DNA of 64,000 bases, from positions 278,129-342,128 of the forward strand of contig WELA01001907.1 in NCBI GenBank assembly GCA_009602735.1, given 5' to 3'. Of the stretch, positions 40,149 through 52,445 are shown in pieces. How positions within the stretch are numbered: position 1 is the first letter of the stretch; each line of letters begins with the position of its first letter. The DNA comes from Mesotaenium endlicherianum (taxonomy: Eukaryota). Under the pieces are notes generated by a model. That model was not told where the DNA came from. It saw only the letters and a program-made list of their open reading frames with translations, and did not search any database. The position numbers were made by a program, and so were the translations under genes.

Positions 40149-43100
40149 GTCGTTCTGGGGTGTCTACTGGCGTGAAGACGAGAACTCACAAGGAGGTTAT
40201 CCCCAGGAGCCTGCCGAGAAGCAAAGGACGAGACGTTGACAAGCCTATCATCGTGGAAGGAGTGGTCGACGGCAACAATGCGAAGTGTATGGTCGACAGT
40301 GGCGCAAGTGCAAACTTTGTGCACAAGAAGCTGGTGAAAGAGTGGCGAGTCCCTGTGCAGAAGCATTATGAGCCTAAGGAGGCAATTTTGGCAAATGGGC
40401 AGAGACTCAAGTGTGGTGCACCTACGGAAGCTATTCACGTGGAAGTAGCGGGGCACCGGAGTAAGGAAGTTATGGAGCAGGCAGAGTTGGGTCACCATGA
40501 GGTGATATTGGGCCGACCATGGCTGAGGAAAGCCAACCCTCAAGTGCACTGGAGCACAGGACAAGTGAAAGTCCAAGGGCGTGATGGTCGAATGGAGACA
40601 GCGAAACAGGTGGAGGTAGATACGACCACAAGTAACTGTCTTCTGTCGAGCCTGCAAGTTAAGAAGCTATGCAGGGCGAATCAGGTGAAGGAGATGTACC
40701 TTGTTTCGGTGGCCCTGGCCAGGTCATCAGATGGAGCAAGCGTGAATCCTAACAGCCTGGGCGAATGTACATCGCCGGAGGAGCAAGTAGTGGTGTCTGA
40801 TCCCCTTGCTCAGAAGGAGCAGAGCCCAACTGCTCAAGAGAAGAAGCCTGCTGAGATGCCTGCCCAAATTAAGGCGCTGTTGGAGGAGTTCAAGTGCGTA
40901 TTTCCTGAGGAGCTACCTGCAGGATTACCTCCACAGAGAGCTATGGAGCACAAGATTGAGTTGGAACCAGGGAGCAAGCCACCAGTGAGACCCGCCTATC
41001 GACAATCGTTTGCGGAGTTGGATGAGTTGAAGAAGCAGCTGACAGAGTTATTGGAGAAGGGATTCATCCGACCCAGCGAGTCTCCATTTGCAGCGCCAGT
41101 CTTATTTGTGAAGAAGAAGGATGGGACTATGAGGATGTGTGTCGACTACCGGGCACTCAACAAGGTCACCATCAAGAACAGGTACCCACTTCCACGAGTG
41201 GACGAGTTGATTGACAGGCTTGTCGGGGCGAAGTATTTCTCGAAGATCGATTTGAGGAGTGGCTATCACCAGGTACGGATTGCGGAAGGAGACGTTCAGA
41301 AGACTGCTTTCAGAACTCGCTATGGTTTGTTCGAGTTCACAGTCATGCCTTTTGGATTGACTAATGCACCTGCTACATTCATGGGACTCATGAATAGTAT
41401 CTTCAGACCCTACTTGGACCAGTTTGTGGTGGTATTTTTGGACGACATCCTGATCTATTCGAAGACCTTGGAGGAGCATGTGGGGCATCTGAGGAAGGTG
41501 TTGGAGGTCTTGAGAGATCAAAAGCTGTATGGGAAGATGAGCAAGTGCGACTTCTGTCTCAAGGAGGTCGAGTTTCTTGGACACATAGTGGGAGCTGAAG
41601 GAGTCAAGGTGGAGCAGAAGAAGGTGCAAGCAGTCAGAGATTGGCCGGTACCTGCTGATATTCATCAACTCAGGAGTTTCCTCGACATGGCGAATTATTA
41701 TCGACGTTTCATTGAAGGATTTGCCAAGGTGTGTGCACCGCTCACGGACATGTTGAAGAAGCAAGAGAAGTGGCTATGGGGTGACAAGGAGCAGCAAGCC
41801 TTCGAGAAGATTAAAGAGCTGTTAACACAGGCACCTGTGTTGGCAATTGCCAGCCCAGAGCTTCCGTTCACCATCATCACGGACGCATCAAATTTCGCAG
41901 TGGGAGCCATTCTTCTCCAAGACCAGGGCAACGGATTGCAGCCTGTGGCATATGAGAGCAGAAAGTTGAGTCCTGCGGAGCAGAACTATGCAGCACACGA
42001 GCGAGAGATGTTGGCTATTATCCAGGCTTTGAGAATTTGGCGATGTTATGTGGACGGCCGGAAGGTGTTTATCAAGACCGACCACAAGAGCTTGGAGAAA
42101 TTTATGACGCAGCCAACGTTAACACCAAGACAAGCAAGGTGGATGGAGTTTCTGCAACAGTTCGACCACAAGATAGAGTACTTACCTGGGAAGATCAACC
42201 CTGCAGACGCTCTATCCAGGAGGTGTGACCTTGCAGCTGTCTCAGTCATCAAGGAGAATATGGACTTCAAGGAGAAGCTTCAGAGAGGTTATGAGGAGGA
42301 CCCAGAGTTCGCTGATGGTAGAGCAGCTGAGTCCAACTCGAGTATGCAGAAGAAGGACGGCATATGGTATTATGGTGATTCCAAGAGAGTGGTGGTACCT
42401 GACATCAAGGAGCTACGAGACTTACTACTTGCGGAGCATCATGACTGCTTATATGCTGGACACTTTGGAAGCGAGAAGACGGCAAGCGTGCTGAAGCGGG
42501 AATACTACTGGAGAAATATGGACAAGGACATCGAGGAGTGGATCAGGAGTTGCGATGCGTGCCAGAGAAACAAGACACCAAATCAAAAGAAGGGAGGTAC
42601 ATTGCGGCCCCTGCCTATTCCAGAGTATCCTTGGGAGCAGATTGCTATGGACTTCATCACATCGTTACCAGTCAGTGGTCAAGGGCACGATGCAGTATGG
42701 GTAGTGTCTGACAGACTCAGCAAGATGGCTCACTTCATTCCCATGAAGGAGACTTCTACGGCAGCAGATGTGGCACGGCTATTCTTTGATCATATTTTTA
42801 GGCTACATGGGTTGCCGAAGGTGATTGTTTCAGATCGAGATCCAAGGTTTACTAGCAACTTTTGGCGGTCATTGTTTACTTTGATGGGGACCAAGCTGAG
42901 TATGAGCACTTCCTATCACCCTCAGACAGATGGGCAGAGTGAGAGGCTCAACAGAACTCTGCAAGAGGTGCTCAGGAGTTTCACTATGGAAGACCCTTCA
43001 GAGTGGGACAAGAAGCTACCAGGGTTGGAGTTTGCCTACAACAACAGCATGCAGGGATCGACCAAGCAGTCACCATTCGCTATGGTTTATGGGAGAGAAG

Positions 43101-43768
43101 TATATCATCCAGGGAACATCTTGTTGGAGAAGGCCAAGGAGACTCAGGTTCCTACTACACAAGCTTTTATGGAGCAGATGGCCAAGACTTGGGATATGGC
43201 GAAGACGTGTATTCGGAAGGCACAGGAAGAGCAGGTCAAGCATGCTAACAAGCACAGGAGGGAAGTGACATTCCATGTGGGCGACAAAGTACTCTTGTCC
43301 ACAGAGAACCTACCTTTCACAGGCAAGAGGAAACTGCGGGCACGGTTTACAGGTCCCTTTGTAGTGCTCAAGCAGGTGAATCCAGTGGCCTACAAGTTGG
43401 AACTTCCTTCAGGCTGGCGTATCCATGATGTGTTCCATGTCAGTTGTCTACGGCCATACGTTGACCCGAATGAAGGACATCCAGGACGACTACCTACACC
43501 GCCACCACCGGTCGAGATCGATGATGTATTGGAGTATGAAGTGGAGGCGATTGTCGGCGATCGACGAGTCAAGCGAGGTCAACGATTTGTCCAAGAGTAT
43601 CTGGTCAAGTGGAAAGGTTACCATGCGGTCGACAACACTTGGGAGCCAGAGGCCAACCTGACTCATTGTAAGAGTAAGTTGAGACGTTATCTGCAGAATG
43701 CGTCGAGGACGTCGCATCTTGAGGAGGGGGATGATGTAAGGTCAGAGGTTTATAAAGTGCATTTTTGA
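40127..43768 (+). CDS. pol: Pol, family B (PR-RT-RH-IN-chromodomain), in the -1 frame relative to gag; ends inside the 3' LTR
   Basis: Uninterrupted ORF with VDSGAS, FLDD, TDAS, HHCC, D,D35E, FTGPF and [23 protein letters not shown]. Confidence 0.97.
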   Translation, partial: GKRRTPVSRSGVSTGVKTRTHKEVIPRSLPRSKGRDVDKPIIVEGVVDGNNAKCMVDSGASANFVHKKLVKEWRVPVQKHYEPKEAILANGQRLKCGAPTEAIHVEVAGHRSKEVMEQAELGHHEVILGRPWLRKANPQVHWSTGQVKVQGRDGRMETAKQVEVDTTTSNCLLSSLQVKKLCRANQVKEMYLVSVALARSSDGASVNPNSLGECTSPEEQVVVSDPLAQKEQSPTAQEKKPAEMPAQIKALLEEFKCVFPEELPAGLPPQRAMEHKIELEPGSKPPVRPAYRQSFAELDELKKQLTELLEKGFIRPSESPFAAPVLFVKKKDGTMRMCVDYRALNKVTIKNRYPLPRVDELIDRLVGAKYFSKIDLRSGYHQVRIAEGDVQKTAFRTRYGLFEFTVMPFGLTNAPATFMGLMNSIFRPYLDQFVVVFLDDILIYSKTLEEHVGHLRKVLEVLRDQKLYGKMSKCDFCLKEVEFLGHIVGAEGVKVEQKKVQAVRDWPVPADIHQLRSFLDMANYYRRFIEGFAKVCAPLTDMLKKQEKWLWGDKEQQAFEKIKELLTQAPVLAIASPELPFTIITDASNFAVGAILLQDQGNGLQPVAYESRKLSPAEQNYAAHEREMLAIIQALRIWRCYVDGRKVFIKTDHKSLEKFMTQPTLTPRQARWMEFLQQFDHKIEYLPGKINPADALSRRCDLAAVSVIKENMDFKEKLQRGYEEDPEFADGRAAESNSSMQKKDGIWYYGDSKRVVVPDIKELRDLLLAEHHDCLYAGHFGSEKTASVLKREYYWRNMDKDIEEWIRSCDACQRNKTPNQKKGGTLRPLPIPEYPWEQIAMDFITSLPVSGQGHDAVWVVSDRLSKMAHFIPMKETSTAADVARLFFDHIFRLHGLPKVIVSDRDPRFTSNFWRSLFTLMGTKLSMSTSYHPQTDGQSERLNRTLQEVLRSFTMEDPSEWDKKLPGLEFAYNNSMQGSTKQSPFAMVYGREVYHPGNILLEKAKETQVPTTQAFMEQMAKTWDMAKTCIRKAQEEQVKHANKHRREVTFHVGDKVLLSTENLPFTGKRKLRARFTGPFVVLKQVNPVAYKLELPSGWRIHDVFHVSCLRPYVDPNEGHPGRLPTPPPPVEIDDVLEYEVEAIVGDRRVKRGQRFVQEYLVKWKGYHAVDNTWEPEANLTHCKSKLRRYLQNASRTSHLEEGDDVRSEVYKVHF

Positions 43769-45218
43769 GTTTCATAAAATTATGTTTTGATTGTACATTC
43801 ATGTAGGGTGCATTTTTTTGGTCATTTTGATATAAAGTTCATCGAATTTGATCAAGTATTGAGAGAGTTATGGATTTCCAAAGTTTAATTAGTTTTGAGG
43901 TCGGTTGACGACTGTCCTTAATTCGCGGTGAGCGCGACCGTCGGATTGACCGACAGCGTCGAGCGATCTGGCCCGTTAGAATGAACTCGAACCTTCACGT
44001 AAGTTCGACTGACGCGGAGTGCCGACTAGGTCGATTTACCTAGAAGTTTCGGTTTAGCCTAGCGCGTCTAAGATAGAATATTCTAGTAATGTCGATGCAT
44101 GTATGTGGACGTCAATTCGGCCCGACACGTCAGATTAGACTGATCTGGCTTACTCACGAATATTCTGGAAGGGACGATTTGACGAACACTTAGGAAAATC
44201 CGTAGCTTCCTCCTAGGGAGGAGCACTTAGGCAGAAAATTATAAATAGGCATAACTTCTTTGTTTCTTATCAGTTTTCACTTCTGTAAATTTCTACGGGT
44301 TTGTAATGACAAGGCCTTTCATCCTGCATCATTTGTGAGCAGTTTCTTGCTACTCAAAATGTTGAGTATTTTTCCTAAGCTTTGTTAGTGATATGTCGCT
44401 GCACTCTCTAGTATGATGGCAACTAGTTCCTTTCCTCGTGAGTCACTACGCTTCCACTAGGGCACTTTGCCCCTTTCAAGCTTGCTGACACATGCTTTGA
44501 CAGCCAGCTGACTTCCGTACTCGGTAGCAGCAAACTGCCTAGATATGCATTTAAGTGTGGTATGCTAAATGAATGGCCAGATGACATCCTTCGGATGCAT
44601 GGCAATTCGGAATGACGGGAGATGGCGGTGGATTTTGTTATACGAGGTCCTACCAATGTGGTTAACTCCCGGGTAGGCAGTGCCATCGCACTGGTCGTTG
44701 AACAGTAAACTCATTTCGTGTACATATGCTGGGTATTGCTCTCAAGTTCGGCATTCGGAACGAGGCCAACTCTCTTGTACAGCTTACTAAGAGATATTTG
44801 AATCCAAAGCGAGAAGCCATTGATATGCACTGTCTTCTAGCCTTGCTTACTTATGAGTTTACTGATTGCATTATTGATGCTAGTTTACTTGCATTTGACT
44901 TGCGAGTATTGTCCATTGCTAGTGTGTTGTCCTTTGCTGTTTAATCATTTAACAGAAAATACCATAAAGATTACTTGCTGATATAAGGATCTTTATTCAT
45001 TGTTAATCGCCTATTTGGTAAGTCAATTCATTTCAGTGGTATTGGAGCGGTTATCACAGTCTTCTTTGTATGATAAGGACAAGGTCTCAAGCTAGCAACT
45101 CCCGAGACATGGAGAACCAGGACAACGAGAATGTTGAAAATCGAGCTGAAAGCCATGTCGCGGGAACCCGTACCTATTCTGAAGCAGTGGCAGATACTTC
45201 TCCTAGAGAGGCTGCAGA

Positions 45219-45546
45219 TGTAATGAATCAGCATATTGGTTGATATTATATTCATTTAATTATAATAGTTAAATAAGTTCAGCTTGCTGAACTCTAGTCG
45301 ATATTTAATCTGCTGGACTTCATGAAAATAACAGGTTAATGACTCAGCCGGAAGCAGCAGGCTGAAGTCAACTTAAGTCAGCCAGTTGACACATTCTTTG
45401 ACAGCCAGCTAACTTCCGTACTCGATAGCAACGAATTGCCTAGATATGCGTCTAAGTGTGGTGTGCTAGATGAATGGCCAGATGACATTGTTAGGATGGA
45501 TAGCGATTCATGATGATGGGAGATGGCGGTGGATTTGGTTAACCGA
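45219..45546 (+). repeat. 5' part of another family A LTR, cut by inverted element A4
   Basis: TGTAATGAATC start at 45219; colinear with the first ~330 bp of the A LTR. Confidence 0.9.
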
Positions 45547-46371
45547 TGAAATGAATCGACTTACCAAATAGGCGATTAACAACTAATAAAGATCTTTATA
45601 TCAGCAAGTAATCTTTACGGTATTTTCTGTTAACTAGTTAAACGGCAAAGGACAACACACTAGCAGTGAACAATACTCGTAAGTCAAATGCGAGTAAACT
45701 AGCATCAATAATGCAATCAGTAAAACTCATACATAAGCAAGACAGTGCGTATCAATGGCTTCTCGCCTTGGATTCAGGGTTCTCTCAGTAAGCTGTACAA
45801 GAGAGTTGGCCACGTTTCCGAATGCCGTGCTCGAGAGCAATGCCTAGCATATGTACATGGAATTATTTTACTGTTCAACGGCCAGTGCGATGGCACCGCC
45901 TACCCGAGAGTTAACCACGTTGGCAGGACCTCGGTTAACCAAATCCACCGCCATCTCCCATCATCCCAAATCGCCATCCATCATAGGGATGTCATCTGGC
46001 CATTCATCTAGCATATCACACTTAGATGCATATCAAGGCAGTTCGCTGCTACCGAGTACGGAAGTCAGATGGCTGTCAAAGAATGTGTCAGCAAGCTGAC
46101 TTAAGTTGACTTCAGCCTGCTGCTTCTGGCTGAGTCATTAAACTAATATTAAATATGAAGTCCAGCAGACTGATTATTAACAAGAGTTCAGCAGGCTGAA
46201 CTCATTTAACTATTACATTTAAATGAAAACTATATCTACTAATATACTGATTCATTACAATCCCTCCAACTTAACTTGTTGTCGCCTCGACAACATTAAA
46301 CTGCAGAAGTCTTAAATAAGGGAACTGAACTTGACCAGCCTTCCCCACTGACTGCCTCTTTAGCCTGTCAC

Positions 46372-48047
46372 CTAAGGGGTTGTTCCAGGGGCTTCAGGAT
46401 CAGGAGACTGGGATTCGGACCTAGATCTGGACAGCCCTCTAGGTCTGTCAGCTGGCCTTCTAAAGAACCCCGTTTGTTCTAAAGTTGGACCTCGAGGAGA
46501 ACAAAGGTAGGTAGCCTGCTCTTCACCCACTTGGATGTTGATCCCCACATAGACAGGCATTCCAGTAGGATGCTGAAATACAATGGCAAGAGGTACATGT
46601 CTAGAGCGAAGGGCAAGGCCGGCATACCTCTGGCCATCCCGCGTGTCCCTCTTCTGAAACCCCTGTCCTCTGGGGATTTCGGGCTGTGTCTGCTGCCAAG
46701 TATAGTCAGATCAGCTTCTTCCCCTGCTTGGGCAGGTGGGCTGGGGGAGCGAGTGCGGGGTCCAGTTGCCTCCATGACCGGGATCACGTTCCATATACCT
46801 GATCTTGGTTCCTTAAGAAGTGCCCCTGCCTGCTCCTGGGTCTCCTGAGTACCAGCTCCTGATGCTTCTGCTCTGCCTTGTTCTTCTTCCTCATCCTCCT
46901 CATCCTCCTCCTCTGAGAGAGTAGGAGTCTCGTCCACTAAGTCGTCTTGCTCCCTGGTAGACATGGAGTAGTCTACTGACCTCCCTTTCTTAGGGCGCGC
47001 TGGAGGTTGCTTGGCCTTCAGCCTGCTGATATCTATCCGGCCTGCATTCTTCGTCCATTTGACGAAGGCATGCTTTCCCTTAGAGAAGTAGTCTCTTCCC
47101 CTCCTCCTGTGCTCTTTGGTCTCTGCATTCATATTGCTCAGGCAGCCATTCAGCCTTGGGTTCGAAGGGGCAATGTGAGGTGGTAGGATGAGGTAGCCGT
47201 CTAGGCCATAGTGGAAATCGTCTGGTTGGGCTCGGTCACAATCCTGCTTTTTGTTTGTGACGGTCATCCACCTCCAGTCTGTTGGCTGCTGGTAGTACTG
47301 GGGTTCATGCTCAGCCTTTCTCGGTTTACATGGGAACCACTGGGGAGAGAACATCTGCTGTCCGGCCTCCCTGGCCAAGTACTCCCAGCTCCTTCTCTCA
47401 ACTTCATTGTAAGCTGGCAATAGTGTGAGGTAGAATACCGTATCCTTGAAGCTATCTGGCCGCATGCTCACCATCCCGATAGGTCTTTGATCTCCCACTA
47501 TTCCCGATATTGGGACTGGCTTGTCCTCTGAATCATCGGCAAGGTAACGGGCCTGCTCTGCTGTGTAGCCCACCATCTTGGCATAATCCTCGTAGAGGAC
47601 CATACCAGTGTGTGTCTGAATGTACCTATCCAGTGCTGCAGTTCCTTCCCTCTGTGGCAGTGTTGTCTGTTCCAGCTTGTTGATCTCTTGGGCTGCCAGC
47701 AATGCTTCTTTTAGGTAGTCAAAGTTTTGGCCACCCACCACAGTATACCTGTAAGTGGCCAAGCTCTTCTGCCTGTCCGCTTCAGCCTTTTTCCTTCTCT
47801 CCTCCTTTGCCGCTGCCGCTTCTTCTTGTTGTTTCTTCTGTCTCTCCTCCTCAGCTTTCCTGAGGTTTTTCGCTTCCTGATCCTTCTTCCTCTGTGCTTC
47901 TTCTGCCGCCTCTTGTTGTTTGCGGACCCTTTCTTGTTCTCTCCTGGCGAGGGACGTCGCCGCGAGCTCCTTCTGGTATTGCTCCATTGTCCTCCTGGCT
48001 TCTTCTGCCTTGCGCTTTCTGTCCTTCTTTTGTGTGGTGGGAGCCAT
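46372..48047 (-). CDS. ORF3 type b, diverged homologue of 20410-22074; one frameshift near 46610
   Basis: Shared motifs YRYTV, LYxDYAxMVGYT, DSFKD, YNEVERRSWExLARE, W(Y/F)PC, PTDWRWMT, LPPHIA..PRLxG, FSKGKHA, PKxGRSV. The C-terminus (MPVYV...) continues in ORF 46372-46560. Confidence 0.88.
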
Positions 48048-48407
48048 TTTGCACATGTAGCCAGGGCACAAGTTAGTAGGATATCGACCTTTGTCCTAGA
48101 AGTTGCAGGAAGGGAGTAAGTTCGTATTAGTATGGTATATTCGTTCCTGTTTACCTTACAGGGTGATTGCTAGGAGTTGACGTAGTTGCGGTGTGCTAGA
48201 CATAAACGTACAAATATGTTTTCCTTTTTCCTCCAGCTAAAGATGCTTTATGTGGGCAAGGCTGTCCCCTCTGTCACTATGCTGACTCTTAGAAAGCACA
48301 TAACTGTCTCTTTCTCGCTCTCGCACACTAACTGTCATATTTTTTCCCCTCGAACTTAAATGGAGACAGGACCTCCTGTCACCTTCCCGTGTCAAATGAA
48401 ATGATTG

Positions 48408-51400
48408 TTAGGGAGGTGCTCCAGCCGCCCGGAGGTGGAACCGTTTCAACGCCCCTTTGGCATTAGTCAAATGGTCTTTAAATTCCCAATTGTCCCCAGA
48501 GGCATCGTAAGCCTTCCATCGAATGAGGTACTTCATGACATATTTAGATGATCGACGGACCGAGCGCGCGTCTAAAATCTCCTCAACCTCATATTCCTCA
48601 GGGTCGCCGTCCCAAACAGCGGGGACCGGTCCCGGTTGGAAAGGTAACAGACCTGTGAACAGTGTATCACCCTTGATGTATGGTTCCAGGAAGGAGACAT
48701 TAAAGACCGGATGACCCTTGTATTCGGTCGACATGTTCAGTTTGTAAGCATTCTGACCGACACGGCGCACCACCGAATATGGGCCGACCCAGACAGGGCC
48801 CAGCTTTTTCTTGACCACGCCAGGGAGGTACAGGTGCTGAGAATGCAGTTTGACCAAATCGCCTTTAGAAAAGGTCAGTTCTCGACGGTGCTGATTAGCG
48901 TACTTTTGTTGGTTTTTTTGGGCTTTGTGCAGGTTCTGCTGGACTTTTGACAGGGTGTCAGCAAACTCTTGAGTTAATTGGAGGGAGACCGGATTGTCAA
49001 TCCCTTAAGGGTAAGTTAAAGACTCCCCTAAGACATCTAAAGAAGACTTAGGGACTCTATCCAGGCTTAGTTCAAAAGGAGTCTTGCCCGTTGACGCGTG
49101 CACCGCACTGTTGATCGCGAATTGGATTTGGGGTAACAGGTCATCCCAATTATCTTGTTTTTGGTTAATATAGGCTCTCAGTACCTCTTGCAGAACTCGG
49201 TTAGTTCTTTAGTCTGCCCATCAGTCTGAGGGTGGTTTGCTGTGCTGAGCAGCTGTTTGACTCCCATTAACCCCATTGAAGTCCTCCAGAACTAAGAGGT
49301 AAATTTTGAGACTCTGTCTGAGATTATATTAGAAGGTAGCCCATGTTGGCATAGTACATGGTTGTAGAATTGTCTTGTAGTTTCGAGTGCAGTTACTTTG
49401 ACAGTTGTGGGGATGAAAATGACCATTTTTGTCAGTTTATCCACGACCACCAGTATCGAATCATGCCCATTGGCAGTTCGTGGCAATGTGACCACCTAGT
49501 CCACGGATATTGTTTCCCAGCGGCCAGCTGGGATGGGCAGCGGTTGTAAGAGACCCCCCGGTGGTGTGTGCCTAGACTTATTCTTTGGACAGTGGTCAAA
49601 GGACTTAACGTATTTCAAGACCTCCCAAGGTAATCCCTCCCAATGAGAATGTTTTGCCAGTTTGCCAACAGTTTTGGCCTGCCCCAAATGCCCACCCAGT
49701 AAACTGTCATGTGCTTGACTCAATAAAAGGGACCTTATTTCCACATTATTAGGAATGACCAGCTTCAGCCTGCCTGAAGTGGTTTCGGTCACCCAGACCC
49801 CTCCCTTAAGCTTATACCCGAGTGCATTAGCACGAAACATACCAGTATTGGGGCAGGGCTCAAATATTGGGTCAAAAAGGTAGGCTTTCCTAAGTTGTTC
49901 AAGGAAGGACTTTTTCACCTTTAGTGAAGTGAGTGCACACAGGACTTTATCTACAGCATGCTGACTAAAGGTCCTTTCTTGCAAGTCAGGTCTTCTACAG
50001 AGTGCATCAGCAGGATTTAACTTCCCTGGTTTGTAGTCGATCTAGACTTGAAACTGCTCCAGCATCTGGCTCCAACGATTCTCGCTCCTTGACAGCTTGG
50101 ACTTCCTCTAAAGTGAGTCAGAGCTAGATGATATGTAATCACCTTAAGAGCTTTACCATGTAAGTATGCTCTCCACTGTTTGAGCACATGAATGATAGCT
50201 AGCAGCTCTTTATCATGCACTGAGTAATTAATCTGCGCTGGATTAAATTTCATAGACTTGTACGACACAGGATACCACTCCTGCCGTACCTTACCATCCT
50301 TTGTGGTTTTGTCAGCAGGCTGCAACAAAATAGCACCCATGGCAAAGTCAGAGGCATCAATAACCACCTGCACCGATTTGCTGGGGTCATACACGGCTAG
50401 CACTGGGGCAGAACAAAGAGCATCTTTAAGGGTCTGGAAGGCAGCCTGCTGCTCTTCCCCCCACACACACCCTATGTCTTTCTTAGTAAGGTCAGTCAGA
50501 TTACTGGCCTTTGTAGAATAATTCTCAATAAATCTCCTATAGTACTTAGCCAACCCGAGGAAGGATCTAATTGCAGAGACAGACTGGGGTACTGGCCATT
50601 CCCTTCTGGTCTGGACTTTCTTAGGATCCACACTGATGCCTTCTTTACTGACAACGTGGCCTAAGAATTCAATACTTTCTTTAATGAAATCACACAAATA
50701 AGGTCTGAAAATGTCATTCATAGCACCCATGAAGGTTGCAGGAGCATTAGTAAGTCCAAATGGCATCTCGTTGAACTCATAGTGTCCATAACGTGTGCGG
50801 AAGGCAGTCTCGTGTTCATCCTCCTCAGCAATTCTGATTTGATGATAACCACTTTTGAGATCTATCATTCAGCAACTTGCATCCTTCTGGAAGCCTCTTC
50901 TTTTCCTTCAGTTGCCATCCACACAAGACAAGAGGAAGAGCACTGGTGGGTGCCAAGTAAGTCTGCCCATAACCATTTTCCTCAAGCTCTGCAATCTGTG
51001 GTTTCAACTCCTCGCTCTCCACATAAGACAAGCCATACGTGCGTTGCCAAGGTGGCTGACTCCCAGGTAATAGATCAATCCTATGATCTACTTCCTTCTT
51101 AGGGGGTAGTCCTGGAGGCATATTAAATACATCAGTGTACTGAGCAACAATTTTTGCAGCAGTAGGGTGCTCCGGAGGGCTTACCTTTTTCTCAACCACT
51201 TCTTCAGGTTGAGGAGGTACCTCTCTTAGCAGCAGACAGAACATTCTGTCTTCCTTCTGGTTCCAGCTTTTGACGAACTCCATTGCATTCAGCAACTTGC
51301 ATCCTTCTGGAAGCCTCTTCTTTTCCTTCAGTTGCCATCCACACAAGACAAGAGGAAGAGCACTGGTGGGTGCCAAGTAAGTCTGCCCATAACCATTTTC

Positions 51401-52445
51401 CTCAAGCTCTGCAATCTGTGTTTTCAACTCCTCGCTCTCCACATAAGACGAGCCATACGTGCGTTGCCAAGGTGGCTGACTCCCAGGTAATAGATCTATC
51501 CTATGATCTACTTCCCTTTTAGGGGGTAGTCCTGGAGGCATATTAAATACATCAGTGTACTGAGCAACAATTTTTGCAGCAGTAGGGTGCGTCGAAGGGC
51601 TTATCTTTTTCTCAACCACTTCTTCAGGTCGAGGAGGTACCTCTCTTAGCAGCAGACAGAACATTCTGTCCTCCTTCTGGTTCCAGCTTTTGACAAACTC
51701 CATTGCATTCAGCAACTTGCATCCTTCTGGAAGCCTCTTCTTTTCCTTCATTTGCCATCCACACAGGACAAGAGGAAGAGCACTGGTGGGTGCCAAGTGA
51801 GTCTGCCCATCACTGGCTCCTCTCACATCAACTGTACCTCTGCTCCAACACACTTTAGCTTGATGTCTCTTAAGCCAGCACCTGCCTAGCACGAGATCAT
51901 AAAAGCCAGTGTTGAGTACCTCAAATGTAAGCGTTTCAGTTAGAACTGCAATGCCAGAACCTAACTGGACCTCAATAGGCTTGGTTATAACTCCTCCCGG
52001 GATACTTGAGGCATCTCCAAGGAATATTTTTCTATTCCNAATATTTCTCTATTCCCTTGGGTGACAGTAGGCAGCCTTAGCCGCTTAATTAAGTCCTTAT
52101 GGATAAAAGTATGTGACGCCCCTCCGTCAACAAATGTCCTCACCTTCCTACCTGCAATCATGCAATGCAGTAGGATAGGGGGGACTGTCTTTTCCTGACT
52201 TTCGCATTGTTCTCCTGACGTAGCAAAGAAATGTTGGACATCAGGTGGAACAAGAGCATCCAGAGTGTGCACTCTCTGGACGTCTATATTACTGATGGTC
52301 TCCTTTATCTGTTTGTCAGGCATGCATAGTGAATCCAGTTCAGCAGGACCAATAATACCTGCTACGAGGGCAGCTAGTGACGACTCACTATCTCTAGCAT
52401 CCTCACAGTCAGTAGAATGGATTACTAACTGTTGCTGTCTTTTAA
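48408..52445 (-). pseudogene. pol: Pol of A4 with stops, a 420-bp tandem amplification and deletion of the RT FLDD core
   Basis: Fragments match A2 pol; FRPYL is joined directly to CDFIKES; the repeat unit recurs at about 50866, 51286 and 51706. Confidence 0.92.

Larger units (their letters stand above)
38336..44478 (+). mobile_element. Full-length, apparently intact family B chromovirus (B2)
   Basis: 744-bp LTRs 38336-39079 and 43735-44478 (about a dozen differences by eye), perfect TSD AGCTT, PBS 39082-39093, PPT 43721-43734, open gag and pol. Confidence 0.98.
38170..45218 (+). mobile_element. Family A copy A3: 5' LTR (38170-38335 plus 44484-45035, split by B2), PBS 45037-45048 and a gag stub to 45218
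   Basis: The LTR halves join across the AGCTT TSD; PBS TGGTATTGGAGC; the gag 5' sequence is cut by another A LTR at 45219. Confidence 0.9.

Noticed and set aside
52024..52056. Short duplication in the A4 protease region
   Set aside because: Also straddles a single N; likely an assembly artefact.
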